The position numbers and the translations under genes are program-made. From contig CAWIBO010000005.1 of assembly GCA_963834385.1 (NCBI GenBank), forward strand, positions 128,001 to 192,000: 64,000 bases of DNA, written 5' to 3'. The notes beneath the pieces are model-generated. The model was not told where the DNA came from, did no database searches, and saw nothing but the letters and a program-made list of their open reading frames with translations. The stretch's first letter is position 1. Every line of letters begins with the position of its first letter. The stretch comes from an uncultured Verrucomicrobiae bacterium (lineage in GTDB: Bacteria > Verrucomicrobiota > Verrucomicrobiia > Chthoniobacterales > UBA10450). This document shows, piece by piece, positions 18,605 through 29,508 of the stretch.

Positions 18605-18737
18605 TCACCACAGAGAAGACAGAGGACACAGAGAACGGCAACCCCCGGTGGGGCGCGACTCGGTCGAGCCTGAGAGCAGGTTTAACCACAGAGACGCAGA
18701 GGGCGCAGAGGGGGAGCCTTGGGGAAACTGGGAGACG
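18605..18737 (+). repeat. Repeat island: 9-nt triplet + REP half-site + third copy of the uraH-alc repeat
   Basis: CACAGAGAA-GACAGAGGA-CACAGAG near 18609, then 18642..18737 similar to 3441..3538. Confidence 0.9.
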
Positions 18738-18767
18738 ACCCGGGGCTTGGGGGGGCCAAAGCGGCGG

Positions 18768-19901
18768 TTAACGCCGCCGCCGGTCGCGGTCGTCGCGGCG
18801 GTTGTCCCGGCGATCATCCCGTTTCTTTTCCGCCGCTTCTTTTTTGCCGGGCGCGTCGATCTGGCGGAACTGACCCTGGTTGCGGCTGGCCAGCCCCTGC
18901 AACATCCGGCGTTCCTCGGCTTTCTCGCCACCGGTGACATAATAGATCACATGCAGCTTGGCTTTTTTGGTCAGGGTTTTCTGGCCTTCGTCGGCCACCT
19001 TCCAAATCTCCGAATCCTCGATCGGAGCGAGACCTCCCCCTTCCTGGGCCGCAGTGGCATTGCCATCGGTGAGCATGTAAATCGTTTCCGGTCGGAGTTT
19101 GAAGGCTTCCTCGAGGGCGTAATCGTGCCGGGTGCCGCCGGGTCTGCCGCGCGGTTTGGCCCGGCCGAAATCGACTTCCTCCAGGATATGCTGGATGGCG
19201 GCCTGCTTGTTTTCCTCCGTCGCCGCCACCAGCTCCGGTTTCCACGAATAGGCGCCGCCTGACCATCGGACAATGCCGAAGCGCGTGGCCGGGGTCAGGT
19301 TTTCCACCAGGCGGATGGCCTCATCGCGCACGGCCTGGAACGCCTGCTCCTTCCCCTTCTTGAGCAGGGAACGCTCGGCGGCGTCACCGGTGCGGGTGAA
19401 CATCGAGTTGGAAACGTCGATCATGATGAGGATGTTGCTGCTGGTGTCGCGGATGCCGAAGAAGTTGATCTGCGAACCGGTGCCGGTGCCGCCGGCTGAG
19501 CCGGGTGCGCCGGTGGCCGCGCCGAGCCGGCTGGTGGCGCCGGCGGCGCCCATCATGACCGGCTGGGTGGCCTGCTTCGGGACGGGAAGCGAGGGCATGT
19601 CGGGCAGCGTGACCTTGGAAAGACCGGTGGTGAGGACGCGCTTGGTCACCGCCGGGGGAGCGCTCTGCGTTTTCTGCTGCATCTGCACCTTGTGCTGGAG
19701 GGCGCGCTCGGAGGGATTAGGCGATTTCGGCCCGGCCTGGAAGGTCAGCTTCCGTTTTGCGGTGTAGCGGGAGACGACGAAATAACCGGCGCCTACGCCG
19801 AAGAGAAGATGGACCGCGATGCTGACGATGAGGAATTCGCGGGCCCACCACCACGGCTTTTTCTTCGCCACAGGCGGTTGCGGGAGGGCAGGGTCTTCCA
19901 T
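18768..19901 (-). CDS. Membrane-anchored vWA-domain protein
   Basis: N-terminal TM (SIAVHLLF), Pro/Gly linker, MIDAS-like DVSNS and MLTDG, charged RDDRRD tail. Confidence 0.8.
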   Translation of the reverse strand: MEDPALPQPPVAKKKPWWWAREFLIVSIAVHLLFGVGAGYFVVSRYTAKRKLTFQAGPKSPNPSERALQHKVQMQQKTQSAPPAVTKRVLTTGLSKVTLPDMPSLPVPKQATQPVMMGAAGATSRLGAATGAPGSAGGTGTGSQINFFGIRDTSSNILIMIDVSNSMFTRTGDAAERSLLKKGKEQAFQAVRDEAIRLVENLTPATRFGIVRWSGGAYSWKPELVAATEENKQAAIQHILEEVDFGRAKPRGRPGGTRHDYALEEAFKLRPETIYMLTDGNATAAQEGGGLAPIEDSEIWKVADEGQKTLTKKAKLHVIYYVTGGEKAEERRMLQGLASRNQGQFRQIDAPGKKEAAEKKRDDRRDNRRDDRDRRRR

Positions 19902-19957
19902 GGGTGGTCTGCTACCTTAGCCGTATGGGGATTGGGCGCGCCAGCGCGATCCGGGGA

Positions 19958-22900
19958 CTAACGCGAGATTCGCAGGCGAATATAACGGGGAGAAACTGTG
20001 CCGAGGTCGCGCACGGTCACGGTCCGGATGCCGTTAATGGTGGAATCGCTCAGGATCTGCACGGAGGCGGCGCTGCTGTCCCAGGTGCCCAGGTTGCCCG
20101 AGACTTCCGCCACGCGGGTGACACCGCCGGCGCCGGCCGGATGGCTGAAAGTCATGACGAGGTGGCCGCTGACCATTTGCACCGCGGGCAGTTTGTGGAC
20201 GTCGGGCGTGCTCGGATCGGAGCCAAGACCGAATTCCGCGAGGCTGCTCAAGCCGTCGCTGTCGAGATCAAGAGTGTCGTTCAGCGCATCGGGGATCAGC
20301 TCGCTCTGGCCGGGAATACCGGCGCCGGAACGGTTGAAATAGCGGATAAGGCCGCTCGCATTGGTGAGGCTGCCGCCCGGGGCCAGGCCCAGCGTGGAAG
20401 AGACGGTAAGGGTGCGGCCGGCCGTGTCGATCGCTCCCTGGACGTTGAGGCTCCCGGGAATAACGGCGTCATTCGTGAGCGTCCACGTTTTGCCGGAGGG
20501 GATGGTGGCTGACCCGTCATTCCCCAGGACGAGGATTTGGAAGGTCTGGGCGGCCACTTCGTTGCTGGTAAAGCGTTCGAGCACGATGGAGAACAGATCG
20601 CCGCCGCCGACGTTCGGGATGCCGCTGAGCACACCGGTGTCCTCGTCCAGGGCCAGGCCGGGCACGGGTTCGTTCCCGGCACCAAAGCGAAATTTCGGCA
20701 CCTGGTTCAGGGCGCCGGAGCGGAGATCAGCGACGAACTGTGTGTTGTTGCCGCCATTGCCGGCGCCCGGCGTGACCGGGGGCGCGGTGGCGTTGCCGAT
20801 GATCCAATTGGCCAAAAGATCGGCGCCTGCGTCGGTGTTCCCGGTGAAATAAGCGCCCTTGTTCGCGCCGACCGAGCCGAATTTGGGATCGTAGACGTTT
20901 TCATTATTCAGGGAGAGCGCGTCCACGATGACCCCGCCGGTGCTGCTCCGGACGACGATGCTCTCCGCGCCGCTGTTACCCAGGCCGCCCCAGGTGCCGG
21001 CGGTAAAGAGCGTGGCGTTGTTATGCGGCGCGATGACCGTCTTGCTCGCGATATTGACGCTATCGGCGGGCAGGACGGTATCCTTGTCGCCGGCGTTATA
21101 GATAACGATGAGAGTGCCGGCGGGCACGTTGCTCCAGACACCGCCACCCTTGAAGGTGGTGTAGGTGCCCTGTCGGTCGGCCACGGTGTAGCCGGAGAGG
21201 TCGGAGGGAACCAGGACCAGCAGCTCGATCCATTCCTTGCTGCCGCCATTGCCCTGGCTGAACTCGTTGATGATCAGCGACCGCGAAAACTGCGCGTTTT
21301 GTCCGGTGACGAAGAGATCGGAGTCGTAGGAGAAAGCCTGTCCATGCTGGGTCAGGGAAGGTGGCCGCCGGTTGACCGCGACGGCGGTGGTGTAGAAAGG
21401 CGCGCCACTCGCCCCACCGGCACTGGGCGTGATGCGGCAGCGCACAAGATGTCCGCTCTGGGCTTCACCAAGGGCAAGACTGGCGGTCGTGGCCCCGGGG
21501 ATGGGCGTAAAAGCAACGTTATCCGCCGTCTGTTCCCACTCATAAGCCAGGGTCACCGGGTCGCCTTCGGGATCGTTCGCGGTGACACTGGAAACCATCA
21601 GAATTTGATCGGTGAAAGCCGTGCCGGAGGGAAGAATGGTCGCGGCGGTCACGACAGGCGGCTGATTGACCGGGCCCGCCGGGGTGCCGAAGACCTTGAG
21701 GGAGACGCTGGTGAGTGTGCCCAAGTCGGTCGCGGCGAGATCGGCGATCTGGAGGGTCCAGGTCCCCTGGGAATTCTCGGCCCAGTTGCGCACGGTGGAA
21801 AAGGTCCAGCTGCTGTAGTTGTCGCCGCTGTCACTATGAACCTCGGAGAGGCGGCTGGCGGTGCCATTGGGCGAGGTCAGGGTGATGGCCAGGTCCCCGC
21901 GATAGGTGTGGGTAACGCTGACCGTAACGGTGACGTGTTCGACCCGAATGTTTGTGGCGGAAAGATCGAAGGTCCGTGTGATACCGGTGGGATTATTGTC
22001 GGGGATGGCCACGCTCAGGCCGGACTGGGTGGAGGTCGCGCTGGTTTGCGCGCCCAGATTGGACCAGGTGGCGGAGAGGGCCACGGCGGCATCGACGTCC
22101 ATCATTCCGGCGCCAAAATTATGGTTAAAATTCAGGCCGGCCGCGTTGACGATCCAATCGGCGTTGGACGGGTTCACCTTTTTGGCGGTACGAATCAGGA
22201 TCTCCTGCACGTCGCGCCAGCCGAGGTTGGGATTGACCTGCAGCATGAGGGCGACGCCACCGGCGGCGAGCGGCGTGGCGGAGGACGTGCCGCCAAAATC
22301 GTTCGTGTAATTGTTGTCGGAAAGTTCGCCGGCCACCGCGCCGTTGTTGTATCCGCTGGTGCCGGTCAGGTCGGTGGTGACGATCCCGAGGGTACCGGTG
22401 GTCCCGCTGGAGGGCGCGGAGATGACGACGTTCGCGCCCGGCTCACTGTAAAACGCCCGGTTGCCCTTGTTGTCCACGGCCCCGACCGAAATCGTGTAGA
22501 TCGAGTTGGCGTAGCCATCGTAGTTCGAGTTATCGAGCGAGCCCGCGCCATTGCCGCCGGCCCAGAGGATGATTGTGCCAAGCCCGCCGCGCCCCGTCTG
22601 GGCGGCGTTGGCCAGCGCAGCAGCGGTCAGGCTGCCGGGTCCTTCGAGGGTGGAGCCGTCGTCAGACGGTCCCCAGGAATTGCTCTTCACCTGGATCAGG
22701 TCGTTTCTCCAGGCCATGGCGTCCGCCTCCTGCGAGTCGGTCGTGGCCGCGCCGATCAGGCGCAAGCCGACCAGGGTCGCTTCCGGGGCGGCGCCGGAAA
22801 CGCCGACCCCGTTGTTGCCGCGTGCCGCGGCCACGCCGGCACAGGAGGTGCCGTGAAAATCAAAGGCGACGTTCGGGCTCGGGTCGTCGGGGGTGGCGTC

Positions 22901-23647
22901 GTTCCAATCATGGTCGTTCACCGTGTCGATGTTCGGTGAGAGATCGGGATGCGTGAGCTGGAGGCCGTCATCAACAATGCCGATGCGGATGCCGGTGCCG
23001 CGGTAGGTGTTCCAGACGTTGGTGAGATTGACGTCGGTCCCGGCGAGGCCACCGCTCTGCCCGGTGTTGGCGAGGTGCCATTGCTGGTTAAAGAAAGTGT
23101 CGTTTGGAATCAGCTTCTTCACCTGTTGCCGGGCCAGTTCCGGCTCCGCGCTGATGACTTCCGCCGAGCCCCGCAGCGCTTTCGCGGCCGCCAGCGCGCC
23201 CCCGGTGCGGGTCGCTTCAAAAATGGCGTAGTCGCCGGCCGGGGCGGGTCCGCGATAAACAAGGCGGTGCCGCCGCGCGATCTTCACCGGATCAGTCCCC
23301 GGGCGGAGCCGGGCCGTGATCAGGCGGGTCAGGATGCGGCGCTGGGCGTCGGTCCGGGCTGCTCCCTTTTCGTAGAGGACCAGGCGCGCCTCTTTTCGGC
23401 GGGCCTGCCCGAGGACGATGGCTTCGCGCCGGGCCGCTTCCGCGTTGCCGGCGCGGATGGCCACCTTCTCGCCCGGGCCGCTGGCGTCGTCGAGGTGGAC
23501 TTCGTCCGTGGCGATCTCAAAGACGCGCGGTTGTCCCGCGTCCTGAATGACCTGTTCGGAGGCGGAGATGGTGGCGTCGACCTGGGCGTGGACGATGGAA
23601 AATGAGGCCAGCGCGAGGCCGGCAAGGAGCAGATGGGGGGATTTCAA
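19958..23647 (-). CDS. Secreted S8 (kexin/furin-like) serine peptidase with P domain and C-terminal accessory domains
   Basis: Signal peptide, catalytic IVDDG / HGTSCAG / GTSSATP, P-proprotein domain (HTYRGDL), lamin-tail-like IINEF..EWIEL, DxDxDG repeat and C-terminal beta domain. Confidence 0.92.
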   Translation of the reverse strand: MKSPHLLLAGLALASFSIVHAQVDATISASEQVIQDAGQPRVFEIATDEVHLDDASGPGEKVAIRAGNAEAARREAIVLGQARRKEARLVLYEKGAARTDAQRRILTRLITARLRPGTDPVKIARRHRLVYRGPAPAGDYAIFEATRTGGALAAAKALRGSAEVISAEPELARQQVKKLIPNDTFFNQQWHLANTGQSGGLAGTDVNLTNVWNTYRGTGIRIGIVDDGLQLTHPDLSPNIDTVNDHDWNDATPDDPSPNVAFDFHGTSCAGVAAARGNNGVGVSGAAPEATLVGLRLIGAATTDSQEADAMAWRNDLIQVKSNSWGPSDDGSTLEGPGSLTAAALANAAQTGRGGLGTIILWAGGNGAGSLDNSNYDGYANSIYTISVGAVDNKGNRAFYSEPGANVVISAPSSGTTGTLGIVTTDLTGTSGYNNGAVAGELSDNNYTNDFGGTSSATPLAAGGVALMLQVNPNLGWRDVQEILIRTAKKVNPSNADWIVNAAGLNFNHNFGAGMMDVDAAVALSATWSNLGAQTSATSTQSGLSVAIPDNNPTGITRTFDLSATNIRVEHVTVTVSVTHTYRGDLAITLTSPNGTASRLSEVHSDSGDNYSSWTFSTVRNWAENSQGTWTLQIADLAATDLGTLTSVSLKVFGTPAGPVNQPPVVTAATILPSGTAFTDQILMVSSVTANDPEGDPVTLAYEWEQTADNVAFTPIPGATTASLALGEAQSGHLVRCRITPSAGGASGAPFYTTAVAVNRRPPSLTQHGQAFSYDSDLFVTGQNAQFSRSLIINEFSQGNGGSKEWIELLVLVPSDLSGYTVADRQGTYTTFKGGGVWSNVPAGTLIVIYNAGDKDTVLPADSVNIASKTVIAPHNNATLFTAGTWGGLGNSGAESIVVRSSTGGVIVDALSLNNENVYDPKFGSVGANKGAYFTGNTDAGADLLANWIIGNATAPPVTPGAGNGGNNTQFVADLRSGALNQVPKFRFGAGNEPVPGLALDEDTGVLSGIPNVGGGDLFSIVLERFTSNEVAAQTFQILVLGNDGSATIPSGKTWTLTNDAVIPGSLNVQGAIDTAGRTLTVSSTLGLAPGGSLTNASGLIRYFNRSGAGIPGQSELIPDALNDTLDLDSDGLSSLAEFGLGSDPSTPDVHKLPAVQMVSGHLVMTFSHPAGAGGVTRVAEVSGNLGTWDSSAASVQILSDSTINGIRTVTVRDLGTVSPRYIRLRISR

Positions 23648-23756
23648 GTGCGCGCTGTTTAGCTGGCGGGCGCCGCGGCTTCAATCAAAAAGCGTCGCTT
23701 TGACGGAAGAACCCGTAACATTCCTGTGGCGGCCTTCTTGCAGCCTCTCTTTAATC

Positions 23757-25157
23757 ATGACGATTAGCGACCCAATTTTTGCGGGGCGCATCCAGCTTTT
23801 GCGGGGCGGGGAGGGGGCGAAAGGCGATTACGTCCTCTACTGGATGCAGCAGTCGCAGCGCGCCCGGTGGAACCACGCGCTCGAGTACGCGGTCCTCCGG
23901 GCGAACGCGTCCGGCCTTCCCCTGGTCGTCTGCTTTGGCCTCACCGCCGGTTATCCCGAGGCGAACCTCCGCCATTACACTTTTCTCCTGGAAGGCCTCG
24001 CCGACACCGCGCGCGCCCTTGAGAAACGGGGCGCGCGTTTTGTCCTCCGGCTGGGCGAACCTGACGCGGTGGCCCTGGCCCTGGGCAAAAAGGCCGCCCT
24101 GATCGTTTGCGATCGCGGGTATCTCCGCCACCAGAAAGCATGGCGCCGCCGGGTGGCGCGCGAGGCGCGCTGCCCGGTCGAGCAGGTGGAAAGCGATGTC
24201 ATCGTGCCGGTGAACATCGCCTCGGACAAGGCGGAGTATGCCGCCCGCACCCTGCGGCCGAAGCTGCAGCGCGTCCTGGAGGAATTTCTCCGCCCGGTGC
24301 GCCCGGCAAAACTGAAACAGAAGGCGACGCGGCTGAAGCTGGCGGGGGAACCGCTCGACGACCCGGCGATGCTGCTGCGCAAACTGAAGCTGGACCGTTC
24401 CGTCGGCGACGTATCCGAATTTTTTCGCGGGGGCACGGGTGTGGCGGAAAAGATTTTCCGGAAATTTTTGCGGGAGAAGTTCGCCGATTACCGCGAACAC
24501 CGGAACCAGCCGCAGACGAACGATGTTTCGCACATGAGCAAGTATCTGCATTTCGGGCAGATCTCGCCGCTTTGGCTGGCCTGGGAGGCACGGCGCGCCG
24601 GGCGGGCCGGCCGGCAGAACGTTTACAGTTTCATCGACGAGCTGCTGGTCCGGCGCGAGCTCTCCATGAACTGGTGTGAGTTCAACGAAAAGTACGACGA
24701 CTACGCCTCGCTGCCGGATTGGGCCCGGACCACGCTGGCGGAGCACCGGAACGACAAGCGCCCCCACCGCTACCGCCGGGCGGAACTGGAAGCGGCGAAA
24801 ACGCACGATGAATACTGGAACGCGGCCATGCGCGAGATGACCGCGACCGGCTACATGCACAATTACATGCGGATGTACTGGGGCAAAAAAATCCTCGAAT
24901 GGTCGAAAACGCCGGAAGAGGCGCATGCCGTCACCCTGGCCCTGAACAACAAATATTTTCTCGATGGCCGCGATGCCAATTCCTTTGCCAACGTCGCCTG
25001 GGTCTTTGGCCAGCACGATCGGCCCTGGGGCGAACGCGAAATTTTCGGCAAGGTCCGTTACATGAACGCGCGCGGGCTCGAGCGGAAGTGCGACATCAAG
25101 GCCTACGTCGAGAAGGTGGAGAAATTGAGCCGCAGGTCGGCCGCGAGCGGGAAGTGA
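23757..25157 (+). CDS. phr: Class II CPD DNA photolyase
   Basis: VLYWMQ..QR...NHAL, EYAARTLRPK, SKYLHFGQIS, GYMHNYMRMYWGKKILEWS, LDGRDAN, IFGKVRYMN. Confidence 0.93.
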   Translation: MTISDPIFAGRIQLLRGGEGAKGDYVLYWMQQSQRARWNHALEYAVLRANASGLPLVVCFGLTAGYPEANLRHYTFLLEGLADTARALEKRGARFVLRLGEPDAVALALGKKAALIVCDRGYLRHQKAWRRRVAREARCPVEQVESDVIVPVNIASDKAEYAARTLRPKLQRVLEEFLRPVRPAKLKQKATRLKLAGEPLDDPAMLLRKLKLDRSVGDVSEFFRGGTGVAEKIFRKFLREKFADYREHRNQPQTNDVSHMSKYLHFGQISPLWLAWEARRAGRAGRQNVYSFIDELLVRRELSMNWCEFNEKYDDYASLPDWARTTLAEHRNDKRPHRYRRAELEAAKTHDEYWNAAMREMTATGYMHNYMRMYWGKKILEWSKTPEEAHAVTLALNNKYFLDGRDANSFANVAWVFGQHDRPWGEREIFGKVRYMNARGLERKCDIKAYVEKVEKLSRRSAASGK

Positions 25158-25870
25158 TCCGAGGCCATTCGGCTGAGCGGTGTCTTTTCCACCCAAACCC
25201 GATCGGCCACCAGGCAGTCGTTCACAAAGATGTGGTCTACTGCGAGGAGGGGCCGGCCGGTCGGGTAGGAGGCGAGCGAGCCCGATTCACGTGTCCGCTG
25301 CGAGACCCGGGTGAGATTTTGCGAGAGGAGCTGGAGGGCGCGCGAACGGGGTGTGCTGTTGAAGTCCCCCAGGAGGATGACCGGTTCATGCGGGGGAATC
25401 AGGCCGAGCCAGTCCGGGCCGGCGAGCTGGCGCGCCTGTTCCGGCCGTTCCCGCCAGCCGAGCCCGAGATGGGTATTGAGGCAATGGAGAATGCCAAAGG
25501 GCGAATCGATCGCCACCCAGAGCGCACCGCGCGTCTCCCGGCAATACCAGGGGCTGGGGCAGGTGAGCTCGGCCGCGTGCCGGACTTCAAACGGCAGCCG
25601 GCTGATGATGGCATCGCCGTAATGCTCGTCGCCCACGCGCATGGCCGGGTGGAAAGCGCGGTGCCAGCCGAGTTCCGCGGCAATCAGGGCGGCCTGATCA
25701 ACGCCGGCACTGCGTTTCCGGTTCAGGTCGAGCTCCTGCAAGCCGACGACGTCCGCGCCGAGCGCGGCAATGACCTCGGCGATCCGCTTCTCCGACCGCC
25801 GGCCGTCGGTGCCGACGCAACTGTGGACGTTGTAGGTGACGACGCGAAGGCGCGCCGGGTCCGCGGCCAT
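25103..25870 (-). CDS. Endonuclease/exonuclease/phosphatase family protein
   Basis: TYNVH, DVVGLQE, NTHLGL, GDFN, DHIF, ASDHFPL. The cls-EEP pairing resembles ybhP-clsB. Confidence 0.9.
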   Translation of the reverse strand: MAADPARLRVVTYNVHSCVGTDGRRSEKRIAEVIAALGADVVGLQELDLNRKRSAGVDQAALIAAELGWHRAFHPAMRVGDEHYGDAIISRLPFEVRHAAELTCPSPWYCRETRGALWVAIDSPFGILHCLNTHLGLGWRERPEQARQLAGPDWLGLIPPHEPVILLGDFNSTPRSRALQLLSQNLTRVSQRTRESGSLASYPTGRPLLAVDHIFVNDCLVADRVWVEKTPLSRMASDHFPLAADLRLNFSTFST

Positions 25871-25872
25871 GG

Positions 25873-27161
25873 CTACAGTTGAGAACGGAAGATGGCCGCG
25901 GCGTTGCCAAGGAGGCGCTGCGACAGCGGCCGGCGCTGCCAGTCCGCCAGCGTGACCTCGCGCGAACGCGCCTTGTCCTCCTCAAAAATCTCGATGATGC
26001 CGCCGGCAGAAATTCAGTGTCGAGGACGTTCAGGTTGGCCTCCTCGTTCAGGCGCAGCGAGCGGTTGTCGAAATTGGCGGAACCGACCGAGGCCCAGCAT
26101 TCGTCGACGAGGAAATATTTGCAGTGGAACCGCGCCGGCAGGTACTCGTAGAAGCGAGCCCCGGCTTCCAAAAGCGGTTTCCAACGCGTCTGGCCGACCA
26201 GTCGGATGGTCTGGGCGTCGATGTCGGGGCCGGGCGTAATGATCTCCACCTTCACGCCGCGCTGGCAGGCCTCAACAAGGGTTTGGCGGCAAAGGTCGTC
26301 CGGGATGAAATAGGCATTGGCGATCCGGATATGCCGGCGGGCAGCGGCGATGGAGAGAAGCAGCATCATGCGGGCGCTGTCGGCCCCCTCGCTGTTGGAG
26401 CTCTTGAAAACCTGGGACCGCATCTCGCCGTGCTCGGTGATCGCAGGAAAATAAATGTCGCCATGCAAAACCTGCGCGCGCGTCTGCATCCAATTGTCCA
26501 TGAAAGCGTGTTGCATTTGGCCAACGGTCGGCCCGCGCACCCGGTAATGGTTGTCGCGCCAGTGGCCACGGGTGCGCCCGTCGCCGAGCCATGGGTCCGC
26601 AATGCCGGCTCCGCCGATGAATCCGGTTCGGCCATCGACCACCAACAGCTTGCGATGGGTGCGGAAGTTCATCTGGAGCAAATTGGCGAAGCGAAAGATT
26701 TCGAGCTCGACCGGCGCTTCGCGCAGCAGGTTCAGCGAAGGTCCCCTCAGGCCGTCGCAGCCAAGCGCATCCTGCAGCACGTGGACCTTCACCCCTGCGC
26801 GGGACTTGGCCGCGAGTGCCTGGGCAAAGACATGGGTCAGCATTCCCTCCGTCCAAAGGAAATTCTCCATGGTGATGGAGTGCTCGGCCGACTCGATCGC
26901 CTCCAGCATGGCCGGATAAATCTCGTCCCCGTTGCGCAGGATGGTGATCTCATTCCCTTCCAGGAGGGGCGGGCCAAGCAGGGTGCCCATGGTGCGGCCG
27001 AAGGTGTCGTCGCCGCAGCGGTAATCGGCGTGGATCGGACAGCGGATTTTCTTTTCGGACTCGAGAAAGTTCCGGGTGATGAAAAGCGTGACCCCGGTGA
27101 TGCCGGCGGCCCAGGCCATGCGGACGGGCCAGTTCGGCTTGCAATGGGGAAGTCGCCGCAT
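25873..27161 (-). CDS. cls: Cardiolipin synthase / phospholipase D family (frameshift near 26005)
   Basis: Two HKD motifs (THRKLLVVDG, FHCKYFLVD..VGSANFDNRS). The corrected frame ends ..AIFRSQL* at 25873. Confidence 0.88.
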
Positions 27162-27257
27162 CCCGTGCACTAGCTACGACGGGCGGGAGATGCAACCGAT
27201 AACCCAATAAACCGGTGACCTGCGCAGCAGGTTTTTCCGCGGAGTTCCTGCTGCGGC

Positions 27258-29064
27258 TCAGGCGGCGCTTTCGTGGAGCGTAATTGCAGCAAGGAACGTC
27301 TCGGCGAAATCCCGCAGTTTCTGTTCGCCCACGCCCGGCAGGTCGCCAAACTGAGGTCTTGCCGGCCGGCTTGGCCGCGGCCATGGCCCGCAGGGTGGCA
27401 TCGGAAAAGATCACGTAGGCCGGGACGCCACGCGCGTCGGCCAGCTCACGCCGCACCTGGCGCAGTTTCTCGAAGAGAACCTCGTCGCACTCGATTTCAC
27501 CGGCGCGCCGCCGGCGTTTTTTTCCCGGGGCGGAGGCCGCCACCTGCGTGAGCGTGATCGGGCGTCGCTCGCGCAGGGCGGCCCGTCCCTCGGAGTGAGG
27601 GAAAGGGTGGCGAACTTCCCGGGGGCGGCTTCCACCAACCCCAGCCGGAGCAACTCGCGCCCGAGGGCCTGCCAGCGTTTCCGGTCAAGCTCCGCCCCGA
27701 TGCCGTAGGTCGAAAGCTGCTCGTGCCCGCGCCGTTTGATCGCCTCGTTCGCTCCGCCGACCAGCACCTCGACCACGTGATTGAGACCGAAGCCGAAGCC
27801 TTCCCGCGCGTGAATGCGATGGACGCAGGAAAGGAATTTCTGGGCGGGAATGGTGCCGTCGAAAGTTTCGCGGGGCTCCAGGCAGTTGTCGCAGCCGCCG
27901 CAGTTGGTTCCCGGGGTGTTTTCCCCGAAATAGGCGAGCAGGGTGGCACCGCCGGCAGTCCCGCGTTTCCGCGTAGTCCACCATGGTGCGAAGCTGTTCG
28001 CGGGCGAGACGCTGTTCCGTCTCGCTCTTTTCGTCGATGAACCGGCGTTGTTTCACGACGTCGCCCGCGCTGAAAAGGAGAATGCAATCGGCGGGCAGCC
28101 CATCGCGCCCGGCGCGTCCGGTCTCCTGGTAGTAGCTCTCGAGGTTCTTGGGCAGATCGTAGTGCACCACGAAGCGGACGTTCGGCTTGTTGATGCCCAT
28201 GCCGAAGGCGATGGTCGCGGCGATCACGCGGACGTCGTCGCGCAGGAACGCCTCCTGGTTCTTCGCGCGCTTCTTCGGGTCGAGCCCGGCGTGATAAGGG
28301 CGCGGCGGGGATTCCATCCGCGCGCAGTTTCTCCGCCACGCTCTCCGTCACTTTGCGGCTGGCGCAATAAATGATGCCGCATTCTCCCGGGCGCGCCTGG
28401 ACGAAGGGTCCGGAGCTGCTCGTAAGCGGAACCCTTGGCCTCGCACCCGGTAGGTGAGATTCGGCCGGTTGAAGCTGGCGACGTAACACTTCGGCTCGCG
28501 CAGTTTCAGTTGCTTCAGGATGTCGTCCCGCACCCGTTCCGTGGCGGTGGCGGTCAGCGCCATCACCGGCACGTCGGGGAAATGCGAGCGGATCTTCTTC
28601 AATTCCCGGTATTCCGGCCGGAAATCGTGGCCCCATTCGCTGATGCAATGAGCTTCGTCGATCGCGATCTGGGCGATGTTCCAGTTGAGCGCGCGGTCGA
28701 GGAAACCCTCGAGCATGAGACGCTCCGGGGCGACATAGAGCAGGCGATAATCGCCGCGGTGCAGGTCGCGCAGGCGGGAACGCGCTTCGCCGGCCTCGAG
28801 GGTCGAGTTGAGAAAGGTGGCGGGCACCCCGGCCGCCCGGAGGGCGTCGACCTGGTCCTTCATCAGGGCGATCAGAGGCGAGACGACAATGGTCAGCCCA
28901 TCCCGGAGAAGGGCGGGCAGCTGGAAACAAAGCGATTTGCCGCCGCCGGTCGGCATCAGGGCGAAAACATCGCGCCCGGCGAGCGCGTCGCGCACGATCT
29001 CCTCCTGTAACGGGCGAAACTCGTCGTAGCCGAAGTATTTTTTAAGGGCGCTGTGGAGATCCAC
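27258..29064 (-). CDS. recQ: DNA helicase RecQ (several indels)
   Basis: MPTGGGKSLCFQ, IDEAHCISEWGHDFRPEY, ATIAFGMGINKPNVR, YYQETGRAGRDG, zinc-binding CGGCDNC, and HRDC VPAYVIFSDATL, spread over shifted frames. Confidence 0.93.
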
Positions 29065-29127
29065 CGCGGCATGTTGATTTCGAATGGGCCCGGCCACAAG
29101 CCAAAGCGCGGCCGCCCGCGCGCCGTC

Positions 29128-29508
29128 TCACGGTTCCTCGTAGCCCAGCACCCGCGCGCTCATCGCGCCGCGGGCCGGGTCGTTCTGGAACATCACCCAG
29201 GCCTCGCGCTGTCCGCGGCGGGGCAGGAACTGGAGATTAACCTCCGCCTCCTCGGGCCCTTCGGAAGAATTCAGCGTGACCCGCAACTGCACGTTTTCGG
29301 CCGTGTGATCCCCCGCGTTCCGCACCCGGAGAGGCACGGCGAACTGATCACCGCGAGGCTCGGGCGTCCCGATCTCGATGCGGATATCGGGCGGCGAATC
29401 GTCCACCTGCCGGCTCTGGAGGACAAGGAAGATGAGGACCGCGGCGATGAGCAGGGCGCTGAAGCCGAAGACGGTCCATTCCAGCCAGTTTTTCTTGACG
29501 CTTTTCAT
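29128..29508 (-). CDS. TIGR02588-like protein
   Basis: KNWLEWTVF TM, V.N.GD.TAENV, FLP...REA..F..DP, GYEEP end. Partner of the upstream membrane gene. Confidence 0.8.
   Translation of the reverse strand: MKSVKKNWLEWTVFGFSALLIAAVLIFLVLQSRQVDDSPPDIRIEIGTPEPRGDQFAVPLRVRNAGDHTAENVQLRVTLNSSEGPEEAEVNLQFLPRRGQREAWVMFQNDPARGAMSARVLGYEEP

Noticed and set aside
20537..22939. 800-aa plus-strand ORF and similar long antisense ORFs (9129..11057, 52222..54144, 32956..34716)
   Set aside because: They are shadow frames opposite well-supported genes, expected in high-GC DNA, and have no recognisable motifs.
25103..25157. Convergent 3' overlaps (phr/EEP 55 bp; GT4/STAS 34 bp at 57491..57524)
   Set aside because: Short tail-to-tail overlaps are common in compact high-GC genomes and no extra structure was seen.
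27258..29064. recQ as a true pseudogene
   Set aside because: All helicase, Zn and HRDC motifs are intact. The indel pattern matches the window-wide error signature.
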